Positions 1 to 8,636 of a stretch of DNA of 64,000 nucleotides are shown here, one piece after another. Every line of letters starts with the position of its first letter. The stretch's first letter is position 1. The position numbers were made by a program, and so were the translations under genes. The DNA is taken from assembly GCA_948467545.1 (NCBI GenBank), contig CAOKER010000003.1, forward strand, positions 103,500-167,499, written 5' to 3'. This stretch comes from an uncultured Eubacteriales bacterium. GTDB lineage: Bacteria; Bacillota; Clostridia; Oscillospirales; CAG-272. The notes under the pieces are model-generated. The model ran no database searches and had not been told where the DNA came from. It was given only the letters and a program-made list of their open reading frames with translations.

Positions 1-3000
1 GGAAACCGGCCCGCTTAAAGGATATTACCGAACTGTTTATGAATACGGGAGTAGGAAGATCCGGATATTCAATTATCGGTCAGGGAAAAATTTCCGAAAT
101 TGTTTCTCAAAAAAGTGAAGACCGTCGTACTATATTTGAGGAGGCGGCAGGTATTTCTAAATATAGGTTCCGTAAGAATGAAGCGGAGCGTAAAATGAAT
201 ACCGTGACGGAAAATATGACGCGCGCAGGGGATATTCTGAGGGAGCTTGAGTCTCGTGTTGCACCTCTTGAAAAAGCGTCCGAAAAGGCAAGACGGTATC
301 TGCAGCTTTATGAGGAAAAGAAGCGCCTTGACGTGTCTCTTTGTCTCTTTGATGTTGATGCGATACGAAGAAAAGTAAACGAGCTTTCTGATTCTGCCGC
401 GGTTGCCAAGCGCGTTTTGGACGAGGCTGACGGCGAACTGTCTGCTCTTGAGGCAAAGAATGAAAGGCTTTACAATGAGTCTCAGGCAAATAAAATAAAG
501 GCAGAGGAAGCTCAGAAGAAGCTACGTGAAAACAGTGAAAAGGTTATTAAACTTGAGGGCAGTATTAGAGTTATAAATACAGAAATTGAGCATCAGAAGC
601 AAAAACGAAATGAAGCCGAACTGAACCGTTCGGTTCATGTTACCGCATATGAAGAGGCTGTAAAGAATTCGGCAGGACTTAAGGAACAGCTTGCGGAGCT
701 TCAAGCTCGGCTTGCGGAGCTTCGCGCGGAATACGAACGCCGCCTTGCCGATACCGAAAAATTGAAACAAAAGAGGTCCGGTCTTGAGGAATTCATGTCC
801 GATAAAGACAGCTTTATTCGTGAAATCCGCGAGCGTCTCGTGTCGGATAAACTTAAGCTTTCGGAAATATCGGGGTTCAGTGACAGCTCTGTGGGACGAA
901 GGGAAGAACTTAACGCAACGCTTGAGGAACTTCGGGTGAGAAATGAGCTTTTGCAAAAAAGATATGATAAAGCTGAAGATACAATCGCCGACTATTCAAA
1001 ACGTTTAGAGACTGTCATGGAAAAATGTACCCGACTTAAAGCTGAGAACGAAAATAAGGCGGCAGAGATTGAACGCCTGCGTGATAATCAGAGCAGATTG
1101 GTAAGCGATTATACGTCGAAGAAGCAGCGCGCCGATACTCTCCGTCGTATGGAGGAGCACTTTGAAGGGTACAGTAACAGTGTAAGGTTTGTAATGGATA
1201 ATTCCGAGCGGGGAAAGCTTTCTGGAATATTCGGACCGGTTTCGAGAATGATCGATGTTTCTCCGAAATACAGCATAGCAGTCGAGACCGCGCTTGGTTC
1301 AAATGTTCAGAATATTATTGTGGAAAACGAAAGTGCCGCCAAAGATGCAATATCGCTTCTTAAAAAAAGCGGAGCCGGACGTGCGACCTTTTATCCGGTT
1401 TCGTCGGTTAGGGCGCAGCCTCTTAATATTGACTTGAACCAGCTTGAGAAATATCGAGGCTATATTGGAATTGCTTCGGAGCTCATACAGTGTGACGGCC
1501 GCTGCAAAAATGTTATTGAATATATGCTCGGCAGAACGGTTGTTTTTGATGATTTGTCAAATGCAACCGAATGCGCGCGTTCGATGGGTTATCGCGTAAG
1601 AATTGTCACACTTGACGGGCAGCTGATAAATGCGGGAGGTTCTTTTACCGGAGGAAGTACAAAGCGCGATTCGGGAATGCTGACGAGAGCACAGGAAATT
1701 GCGAGATTTGAGAGTGAGGCGGAAAGGATAGGAATTGAGCTTACCGCGAATCGCGAGGCAATCGCGGGCCTTCAGAAAGAGCTTGACGGAACTGTCGGCG
1801 AGCTTGAGGAAAACGAGCAGAACATTAATGTTTTAAATACTATGCTCGGAGCGGAAAAATCGCAGCAGCTGGTAATTCAGTCTCAGCTTGACGGAGATAA
1901 GGAGCTGTACAGCAAAACGCTTGAAACTCTTGACGAGATTAGAATCAGGGACGAACGCGACGCGGAGGAAAAGCTTAGGCTTGAGGAACAGATCGAACGG
2001 TTGACTGCCGATCTTTCGGAAACGGAGAAACAGCGCGCAGAACTTGAAAAACAGCACATTGAATGTAATAAGGCTATCTCTGACAGTATAGAGTGTTCAA
2101 ATTCGCAGCTTATAAAAATTACGCAGGCCGAAAAGGAAATCGAGAGTAAGGAAAACAATATTGAATTGAGCGAAAACTCCGAAAATTCATTGCTTGGGTC
2201 CGCAGAGCGGGATTTGGAAAATATAAATTCTGCGGATGAAGCATGTAAAATCTATGCGGACAGACTTTCAGAGACGTCAAATCGGATGGAAGAGCTTAAA
2301 GCGGAGGCCGAGAAACTTGAGTGCGAGCATGATGCGCTTGTAAGTGAAGGAATTGCGGGCGACGCCGCACTTTCAAAGCTGCGGAATCAGGTGAAGGAAG
2401 AATCGCACAGACGTGAAAATCTTTTCAGGGCGTATACCGAGCTTGACTCTAAGCTTGAACAGACGAAATCAGAACAGGATAAGCTTTCCTCAAAGCTGTG
2501 GGATGAGTACGAGCTTACATATGCTACCGCGTCTGAGCTTGATTATCCTCCCGTAACAGATGAAACGAGAGCAAGAACATCTTCTGCTTCTGCGGATCTT
2601 AAAAATAAGATACGCGCGCTCGGTTCGGTCAGCTTAGATTCAATTGACGAATATAAGGAAGTCAGCGAGCGTGCGGAATTTATGCGCCGGCAGTATGATG
2701 ATTTGTGTGTTTCCAAAGCCGATTTGGAAAAGATAATCAACGGTCTTGAAGCGGATATGAAAAAGAGATTTCTTGATGTTATGTCCGAGCTTGACGCGAA
2801 TTTCAAAGCGACATTTCGGGAGCTTTTCGGGGGAGGTACCGCAGAACTCAGACTTACAGATCCCGACGAACCGCTTACATGCGGAATTGAAATTAACGTT
2901 GCGCCTCCCGGAAAGATTGTCAAAAGTATGTCGCTGCTTTCGGGCGGAGAGCAATCGTTTGTGGCTATCGCGCTTTTCTTTGCGATTCTCAATGTGAATC

Positions 3001-3245
3001 CCACTCCGTTTGCGGTTCTGGACGAAATTGAGGCTGCGCTCGACGATGTGAACGTTGCGAGGTTTGCGGATTATATTAAGAGGTATTCTGAGAGTACTCA
3101 GTTTGTTGTAATTACACACAGGCGCGGCACAATGGAGATTGCGGATACTCTTTACGGTGTGACAATGCCTGAGCGCGGAATTTCACGTGTTCTGACGCTT
3201 AGTATTGTTGATGCGGAAAACAAACTTGGGGTAAGAATAAACTGA
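1..3245 (+). CDS. smc: Chromosome segregation protein SMC (5' end cut by window edge)
   Basis: Frame open from window start; long coiled-coil-like E/K/L-rich arms and a hinge region; C-terminal ABC signature LSGGEQSF and Walker B VLDEIEAALD; followed by ftsY as in many Firmicutes. Confidence 0.95.
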   Translation, partial: KPARLKDITELFMNTGVGRSGYSIIGQGKISEIVSQKSEDRRTIFEEAAGISKYRFRKNEAERKMNTVTENMTRAGDILRELESRVAPLEKASEKARRYLQLYEEKKRLDVSLCLFDVDAIRRKVNELSDSAAVAKRVLDEADGELSALEAKNERLYNESQANKIKAEEAQKKLRENSEKVIKLEGSIRVINTEIEHQKQKRNEAELNRSVHVTAYEEAVKNSAGLKEQLAELQARLAELRAEYERRLADTEKLKQKRSGLEEFMSDKDSFIREIRERLVSDKLKLSEISGFSDSSVGRREELNATLEELRVRNELLQKRYDKAEDTIADYSKRLETVMEKCTRLKAENENKAAEIERLRDNQSRLVSDYTSKKQRADTLRRMEEHFEGYSNSVRFVMDNSERGKLSGIFGPVSRMIDVSPKYSIAVETALGSNVQNIIVENESAAKDAISLLKKSGAGRATFYPVSSVRAQPLNIDLNQLEKYRGYIGIASELIQCDGRCKNVIEYMLGRTVVFDDLSNATECARSMGYRVRIVTLDGQLINAGGSFTGGSTKRDSGMLTRAQEIARFESEAERIGIELTANREAIAGLQKELDGTVGELEENEQNINVLNTMLGAEKSQQLVIQSQLDGDKELYSKTLETLDEIRIRDERDAEEKLRLEEQIERLTADLSETEKQRAELEKQHIECNKAISDSIECSNSQLIKITQAEKEIESKENNIELSENSENSLLGSAERDLENINSADEACKIYADRLSETSNRMEELKAEAEKLECEHDALVSEGIAGDAALSKLRNQVKEESHRRENLFRAYTELDSKLEQTKSEQDKLSSKLWDEYELTYATASELDYPPVTDETRARTSSASADLKNKIRALGSVSLDSIDEYKEVSERAEFMRRQYDDLCVSKADLEKIINGLEADMKKRFLDVMSELDANFKATFRELFGGGTAELRLTDPDEPLTCGIEINVAPPGKIVKSMSLLSGGEQSFVAIALFFAILNVNPTPFAVLDEIEAALDDVNVARFADYIKRYSESTQFVVITHRRGTMEIADTLYGVTMPERGISRVLTLSIVDAENKLGVRIN

Positions 3246-3358
3246 GCATAAAGCTGTTTGTTTTTTTGTATTTCTGACAACGCGTATAATTTGGCGTTAG
3301 AAACGGAGAAATTATTACTCCAAACATATTTTTATGCGGAAAGGCACAGGTATTGATA

Positions 3359-4267
3359 ATGTCTTTTTTCGACAGACTTAAGCAGGGATTGACTAAGACA
3401 AAAGAGGGAATTTTTAAACAGGTTGATAATCTGTTTAAATCTTTTGTCCGTGTAGATGAAGAGATGCTTGAGGAGCTTGAAGAACTTTTGATAATGGCAG
3501 ATGTCGGAGTAGAGCCGACAGAAAAAATTATAAATTCGTTGAGAGATAAAATCAAGGACGAACGAATTTCCGACTCCGAGCAGGCAAAGACCGCGCTGTG
3601 TGAAATGCTGAAATCAGAAATCGGCGAAGGAGAGCCGCTGCGTATCGGAACATCTCCGTCGATCATACTTGTTATCGGTGTAAACGGGGTTGGTAAAACA
3701 ACGTCGATTGCAAAAATTGCCGCGAATTTAAAGCGGAGCGGCAAAAATGTACTTCTTGCAGCGGCGGATACATTCCGGGCCGCTGCGATTGATCAGCTGC
3801 AGATATGGGCTGACAGAGTCGGAGTAGACCTCATTAAACATACGGAAGGTTCCGATCCGGCGGCGGTAGTGTTTGACGCCGCGGCGGCGGCAAAAAAGAG
3901 AAACGCGGATGTTCTCATTATAGATACGGCAGGACGGCTTCACAATAAGAAGAATTTGATGAACGAGCTTGCGAAAATAGACCGCGTTATAGAGAGGGAG
4001 CTTCCCGGAACAGATCGCGAAACGCTTCTTGTCATAGACGCGACTACCGGACAGAATGCGATAAGTCAAGCAAAGGAATTTAAAAATGCCGCGAATATTA
4101 CAGGCTTAATTTTAACCAAGCTGGACGGCACGGCAAAGGGCGGAATTGTATTTTCGATTAAAGAAGAACTTGATATACCGGTTAAATATATCTGCGTCGG
4201 CGAACAGATTGAAGATCTTGAGGAATTTGACGCCGATGATTTTGTAAGGGCGCTTTTTGACCGATAA
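3359..4267 (+). CDS. ftsY: Signal recognition particle receptor FtsY
   Basis: ATG 3359 gives MSFFDRLKQGL; SRP-GTPase motifs GVNGVGKTT, DTAGRLH, TKLDGTAKGG. Confidence 0.95.
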   Translation: MSFFDRLKQGLTKTKEGIFKQVDNLFKSFVRVDEEMLEELEELLIMADVGVEPTEKIINSLRDKIKDERISDSEQAKTALCEMLKSEIGEGEPLRIGTSPSIILVIGVNGVGKTTSIAKIAANLKRSGKNVLLAAADTFRAAAIDQLQIWADRVGVDLIKHTEGSDPAAVVFDAAAAAKKRNADVLIIDTAGRLHNKKNLMNELAKIDRVIERELPGTDRETLLVIDATTGQNAISQAKEFKNAANITGLILTKLDGTAKGGIVFSIKEELDIPVKYICVGEQIEDLEEFDADDFVRALFDR

Positions 4268-4301
4268 GCAGGTAAAGGCCGTTTGAAGAAAGGTATTTGT
4301 T

Positions 4302-4919
4302 TTGTTGAATTTTGTTATCGCAACCCATAATAAAAATAAGGTAAGGGAAATTGAGAATATCCTGGAAAGGGTATTTGACGGTTTTGAGAAAGATAACGGC
4401 GGTTTTTCCGTAATAACTGCCGAACAGCTTGGAATCGGCGAAATTGAGGAAAACGGGAGAACTTTTGAAGAGAATGCGAGAATTAAAGCGCATGCGCTTA
4501 CCGGGAGAGGATACATCGCAATAGCTGATGATTCCGGGCTTGAGGTTGACGCTCTCGGAGGCGCGCCCGGAGTATATTCTGCAAGGTATTCGGGGGGCGG
4601 CAGCGCCGAAAACAACCGTAAATTGCTGAGAGAGCTTGACGGAGTACCGGATAATGAACGGACTGCCAGATTTGTTTCGGTTATTTGCTGTATTTTTCCG
4701 GACGGCAGGGAAATTATGTGCAGGGGAGAATGCGCCGGAACAATTCTTAGGGAAGCGGCTGGAAACGGCGGCTTTGGTTATGATCCTCTTTTTTATTACG
4801 AGCCGATGAAGAAAACGTTTGCGGAAATGTCTGCTGAAGAGAAAAATCGCGTAAGCCATAGGGCGCGCGCGCTTGAAAATTTTTGCAGCTGCTTCCCGAA
4901 AATGAATCCTATTAATTAA
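4302..4919 (+). CDS. rdgB: Non-canonical purine NTP pyrophosphatase (RdgB/HAM1 family)
   Basis: TTG start; ATHNKNKVREI, DDSGLEVDALGGAPGVYSARY, GFGYDPLFY, SHRARAL blocks typical of the family. Confidence 0.9.
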   Translation: MLNFVIATHNKNKVREIENILERVFDGFEKDNGGFSVITAEQLGIGEIEENGRTFEENARIKAHALTGRGYIAIADDSGLEVDALGGAPGVYSARYSGGGSAENNRKLLRELDGVPDNERTARFVSVICCIFPDGREIMCRGECAGTILREAAGNGGFGYDPLFYYEPMKKTFAEMSAEEKNRVSHRARALENFCSCFPKMNPIN

Positions 4920-4987
4920 TATCGGGACGGCTATATGTAAATTGATCCGATTTTTGACTTGATAAATCGGTAAAAAATAAAAAGGAA

Positions 4988-5599
4988 ATGGTTACTGCAG
5001 TGTCTGATATAGGTATTTACGGCGGCACATTTTCACCGCCTCATAACGGGCATGTCTATGCTGCAAAGGCTGTGCTTGACGAGCTTATGCTTGATAAGCT
5101 TTATGTGGTGCCTGCGTTTATTCCTCCTCACAAGCGTCTTGATTTTGATACTCCGTATGACAGGCTTAATATGACTCGGCTTGCATTTTCAGGTATTTCC
5201 AAAGCCGAGGTTTCGGATTATGAAATGGAGGCGGGGGGAAAGAGTTATACGGTAAAAACTCTTGAACATTTTAAAAGCGAGGGAGAGCTTACCTTTCTTT
5301 GCGGGACGGATATGTTCCTTTCTCTTGAAGAATGGTATATGCCGGAGAGGATTTTCGCTCTTGCAAGAATCGCTTTAATACGCAGGGAAACCGACGAGCC
5401 TCTCTTGAATGTCAGAGTTCGGGAGGCCAAACTTCGTTATATAAGAAAATATGAAGCAAGGATTGCGGTATTGAGAGCGAAAGCATATGAAATGTCGTCT
5501 ACCTTTGTCAGAAATGCCGTAAAAGAAGGCGGCTTTGACGGCTATGTTCCGGAATCGGTTGCGGCATATATTAGAAAAAATCACCTTTACGGTGCATAA
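4988..5599 (+). CDS. nadD: Nicotinate-nucleotide adenylyltransferase
   Basis: GGTFSPPHNGH (HxGH nucleotidyltransferase motif); nadD-yqeK synteny. Start could alternatively be GTG 5000. Confidence 0.9.
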   Translation: MVTAVSDIGIYGGTFSPPHNGHVYAAKAVLDELMLDKLYVVPAFIPPHKRLDFDTPYDRLNMTRLAFSGISKAEVSDYEMEAGGKSYTVKTLEHFKSEGELTFLCGTDMFLSLEEWYMPERIFALARIALIRRETDEPLLNVRVREAKLRYIRKYEARIAVLRAKAYEMSSTFVRNAVKEGGFDGYVPESVAAYIRKNHLYGA

Positions 5600-5622
5600 C
5601 GGTATTGAGGATAAAATTCGGT

Positions 5623-6327
5623 ATGGCGGACAAAATAAAGACAGAAAAAAATACGGCGGTCAATATGGATGAAAAAAAACTTGCTGAGCTGAGAGCGGTT
5701 ATTTCCGATTATCCGGATATTTCCCGCAGGAGACTTTCTCATACTTTGAGTGTTGAAAAGGAATGCGGCGTACTTGCCGAAATTTTCGGACTATGTGAGA
5801 ATGACAGACGCAGACTTTGCGCGGCTGCGCTTTTTCATGATATAACCAAGGAAAAAACGCTTGACGAACAGCTTTCGCTGTGCCGTTATTACAGTATAGA
5901 CTATCCGCACGAGGCAGTGCGGTCTCCGAAAGTATTTCATGGCTGGACCGCGTCCGCGGTCATGCGTGATAAATATGCCGAATACTGCGATGAGGAGATG
6001 TGTTCGGCTGTATTTGTACACACGACCGGGTGCGAGGATATGACCCTTTTTGAAAGTCTGCTTTATCTTGCCGACTATATAGAGCCGCTTAGGAAATTTG
6101 AAAGCTGTCTCGCGGTTCGCAGTTACTTTTATGAGGGTGTTTCGGAAATTACCTATTCCGGGGCTGACAGTGGAAATTCTCTCGTGATTTTACTTCTGAA
6201 AACCCTGCTGAAAAGCTTTGATTATACGATTGAAGAGTTAATCGGAGAACAGGAAGAAATATTTTATTTAACTGTAAAATCGCGGAATTCATTGATATGC
6301 AAATTGACCGATCATAATCTTTTATGA
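5623..6327 (+). CDS. yqeK: HD-domain bis(5'-nucleosyl)-tetraphosphatase YqeK
   Basis: LSHTLSVEKE and FHDITKE HD-domain motifs; directly downstream of nadD. ORF opens at 5605 (TTG); ATG 5623 preferred. Confidence 0.85.
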   Translation: MADKIKTEKNTAVNMDEKKLAELRAVISDYPDISRRRLSHTLSVEKECGVLAEIFGLCENDRRRLCAAALFHDITKEKTLDEQLSLCRYYSIDYPHEAVRSPKVFHGWTASAVMRDKYAEYCDEEMCSAVFVHTTGCEDMTLFESLLYLADYIEPLRKFESCLAVRSYFYEGVSEITYSGADSGNSLVILLLKTLLKSFDYTIEELIGEQEEIFYLTVKSRNSLICKLTDHNLL

Positions 6328-6348
6328 TATATTTGCCGTGTTATCGGT

Positions 6349-7947
6349 ATGGGGGACAAAATGGATAACAAAAACACAAACAGCGTGAATCGTAATAAGA
6401 ATGAAAATTATACAGGAAGGACAGTTTCTCGGAAAAAAGAAAATTCATCTCACGGAGCCGGGCAGAACCGCAGACAGAATCACAGCGGGAGCGGCGGTTA
6501 TACTTTAGAAAATCATAAACAAGATCACAGCTGCAGTCAGAACCGCAGTAATAATCAGGATCGCAGTGAGAGCGGAAGTCAGGGCGATAAAAAAGACCGC
6601 GGAAATAGGCAGGTCGGAAGTCATGGATCGAGTATACACCGCGAAAGCGGTTTGTATTCTGCTTCAGGTACGAGACATCCGAGGTCAAATGCACACAGAC
6701 GTGAATCAAAATCGTCTGAATCCGGCGTTAGGCATTCAGCTGAAAAGAGAACGGAAAGGTCGGGAAAAACTTCGCATAAGTCCAAAAAATATACGATACT
6801 GCTAAGTATACTTGCTTTTGTTATAGTTTTGGGAATTGTAGTTGCAGCTTTATGGCATATAGTCGATTCATATGAGCCGAGTGTGGATATCGGACCTGCC
6901 GGGGAGACTGCCGAAGGCACTGTCAATGCCGCTGCGGAAAGCGATTATATAGGGGAGCCTCCGGCAGCGGTCAGTACAAGCATAGAACGTAAAAGCGGTT
7001 TTTATACGATGCTTGTCGTCGGGCATGATCAGGTCGCTGTAAATACCGATGTAATTATGCTGGTTTCCTTTGACGTGGCAAACGGATCACTGTCGGTAAT
7101 GCAGATTCCGCGCGATACGTATATCGAATATAAGGGGACGTCTCACAAAATAAACAGCGTTTACGGTATTATGCGCGACAATTCACTTTCGGACAAAGCT
7201 GCGCGGATTGCTTCGGGAATGGACGGACTTGCCGAGCTTCTTGAAGACGGACTTGGAATTCCGGTCGATTTTTGGGCAATTGTGGATCTCGATGGATTCA
7301 GCGGAATTGTGGACGCCATAGGCGGAGTTGAAATGGAGCTTACCTATGATATGGATTATGAGGATCCGGATCAGGATCTGTATATCCATTTGAAAAAGGG
7401 CGTTCAGACGCTGAACGGAGATCAGGCGGAGCAATTCGTCCGATTCAGATACGGCTATGCTCAGGGAGACATCGGACGTGTTGATGCCCAAAAGGTTTTC
7501 ATGAGCGCGTTGTTCAGACAGCTGAAAAGCAATCTTTCGATTTCGAATGTTGCCAAAATAGCCGAACAGACAATTGCTATGGTAAATACGGATATGAAGC
7601 TTCTTGACTGCGTATATTTCGGCAAGAACTTTATCAAGGGTGTGGATCCGGCAAATATAACGTTTGTTACTTTACCCGGGGAAAGTACCCGTGAGTACGG
7701 CACAAGCGGTCTTTCCTACTATGTTATGCGCCGTTCCGATATGCTTGCGCTTGTAAACAAATATTTCAATCCGTATACAATCGATCTTACGGAACAGTAT
7801 ATTGATCCCAAGCTCATTTTTAACAGTGAGGATAACAGATATATCAGTTCCATATATCTTGCCGATCCGAACGAAGCTCTTGAAAAGAATGTTTACAGTG
7901 CGGATGATATAAACGGCGGAGCTATGGATATACCTCTTGTAAATTAA
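6349..7947 (+). CDS. LytR-CpsA-Psr (LCP) family cell-envelope phosphotransferase with about 150-aa basic low-complexity N-terminal tail
   Basis: Single TM segment (ILLSILAFVIVLGIVVAALW) followed by LCP blocks MLVSFD, MQIPRDTYI, KINSVY, FVRFRYGYAQGDIGRVDAQ. Confidence 0.85.
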   Translation: MGDKMDNKNTNSVNRNKNENYTGRTVSRKKENSSHGAGQNRRQNHSGSGGYTLENHKQDHSCSQNRSNNQDRSESGSQGDKKDRGNRQVGSHGSSIHRESGLYSASGTRHPRSNAHRRESKSSESGVRHSAEKRTERSGKTSHKSKKYTILLSILAFVIVLGIVVAALWHIVDSYEPSVDIGPAGETAEGTVNAAAESDYIGEPPAAVSTSIERKSGFYTMLVVGHDQVAVNTDVIMLVSFDVANGSLSVMQIPRDTYIEYKGTSHKINSVYGIMRDNSLSDKAARIASGMDGLAELLEDGLGIPVDFWAIVDLDGFSGIVDAIGGVEMELTYDMDYEDPDQDLYIHLKKGVQTLNGDQAEQFVRFRYGYAQGDIGRVDAQKVFMSALFRQLKSNLSISNVAKIAEQTIAMVNTDMKLLDCVYFGKNFIKGVDPANITFVTLPGESTREYGTSGLSYYVMRRSDMLALVNKYFNPYTIDLTEQYIDPKLIFNSEDNRYISSIYLADPNEALEKNVYSADDINGGAMDIPLVN

Positions 7948-8003
7948 ATTGCGATTATGAATGCGGACGATGAAAATTGTCGTTCGTTTTCATATTTAAT
8001 AAC

Positions 8004-8032
8004 TTGACCTTAAAATAAAATTGTGTTAAAAT
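8004..8032 (+). promoter_or_regulatory. Sigma-70-type promoter upstream of rsfS-leuS
   Basis: TTGACC (8004-8009), 17-nt spacer, TAAAAT (8027-8032) with an upstream TGn extended -10. Confidence 0.5.
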
Positions 8033-8074
8033 ATATGAAAATACGGTGATTTTTTCCGAAGGGAGACCGCCATA

Positions 8075-8602
8075 ATGACAATAGAAAAGAATTTTTTCGG
8101 CGGCAAAGATAATGCCGAAAACAAGATAGAGGGTTTTAATATTCCGGACAGCGAAAAAATGGAGAAAGATAATGATTCGGACAACCGGTTTGAGACGCTT
8201 TTTTCCGGAACCGATAAAGACAGAAAAGCGAAAATTCCCGACGGCTTTCAGGAACCGCTTGAGCTTGCAAAGCTTGCGGTACGGGTTCTTGATTCAAAAA
8301 AGGCGAGGGGAATCAAGCTCCTGCGCGTCAGCGAAAAAACCATAATCGCAGATTATTTTATACTTTGTACCGGAACGTCGAATACGCAGCTTCGTGCTCT
8401 GTCGGGAGAGCTGGAGGAAGAGCTTAGAAAATCGGGCATAGAGCCCGGTCATATTGAAGGTTATAACGAGGCGAGCTGGATTATTATGGATTACGCTTCC
8501 GTCATCGTTCATATCTTTAATCGGGAGACGCGTAATTTTTATAATCTGGAAAAGCTTTGGAGCGAAGCCGAGGAGATTGATATTTCCGGAATTATCGACT
8601 GA
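8075..8602 (+). CDS. rsfS: Ribosomal silencing factor RsfS with about 60-aa N-terminal extension
   Basis: C-terminal two-thirds carries RsfS blocks ADYFILCTGTSNTQLRAL and WIIMDYASVIVHIFNRETRNFYNLEKLW. Confidence 0.9.
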   Translation: MTIEKNFFGGKDNAENKIEGFNIPDSEKMEKDNDSDNRFETLFSGTDKDRKAKIPDGFQEPLELAKLAVRVLDSKKARGIKLLRVSEKTIIADYFILCTGTSNTQLRALSGELEEELRKSGIEPGHIEGYNEASWIIMDYASVIVHIFNRETRNFYNLEKLWSEAEEIDISGIID

Positions 8603-8636
8603 TATAGTAATGTATTGAAAGGATAATGATGTATAC

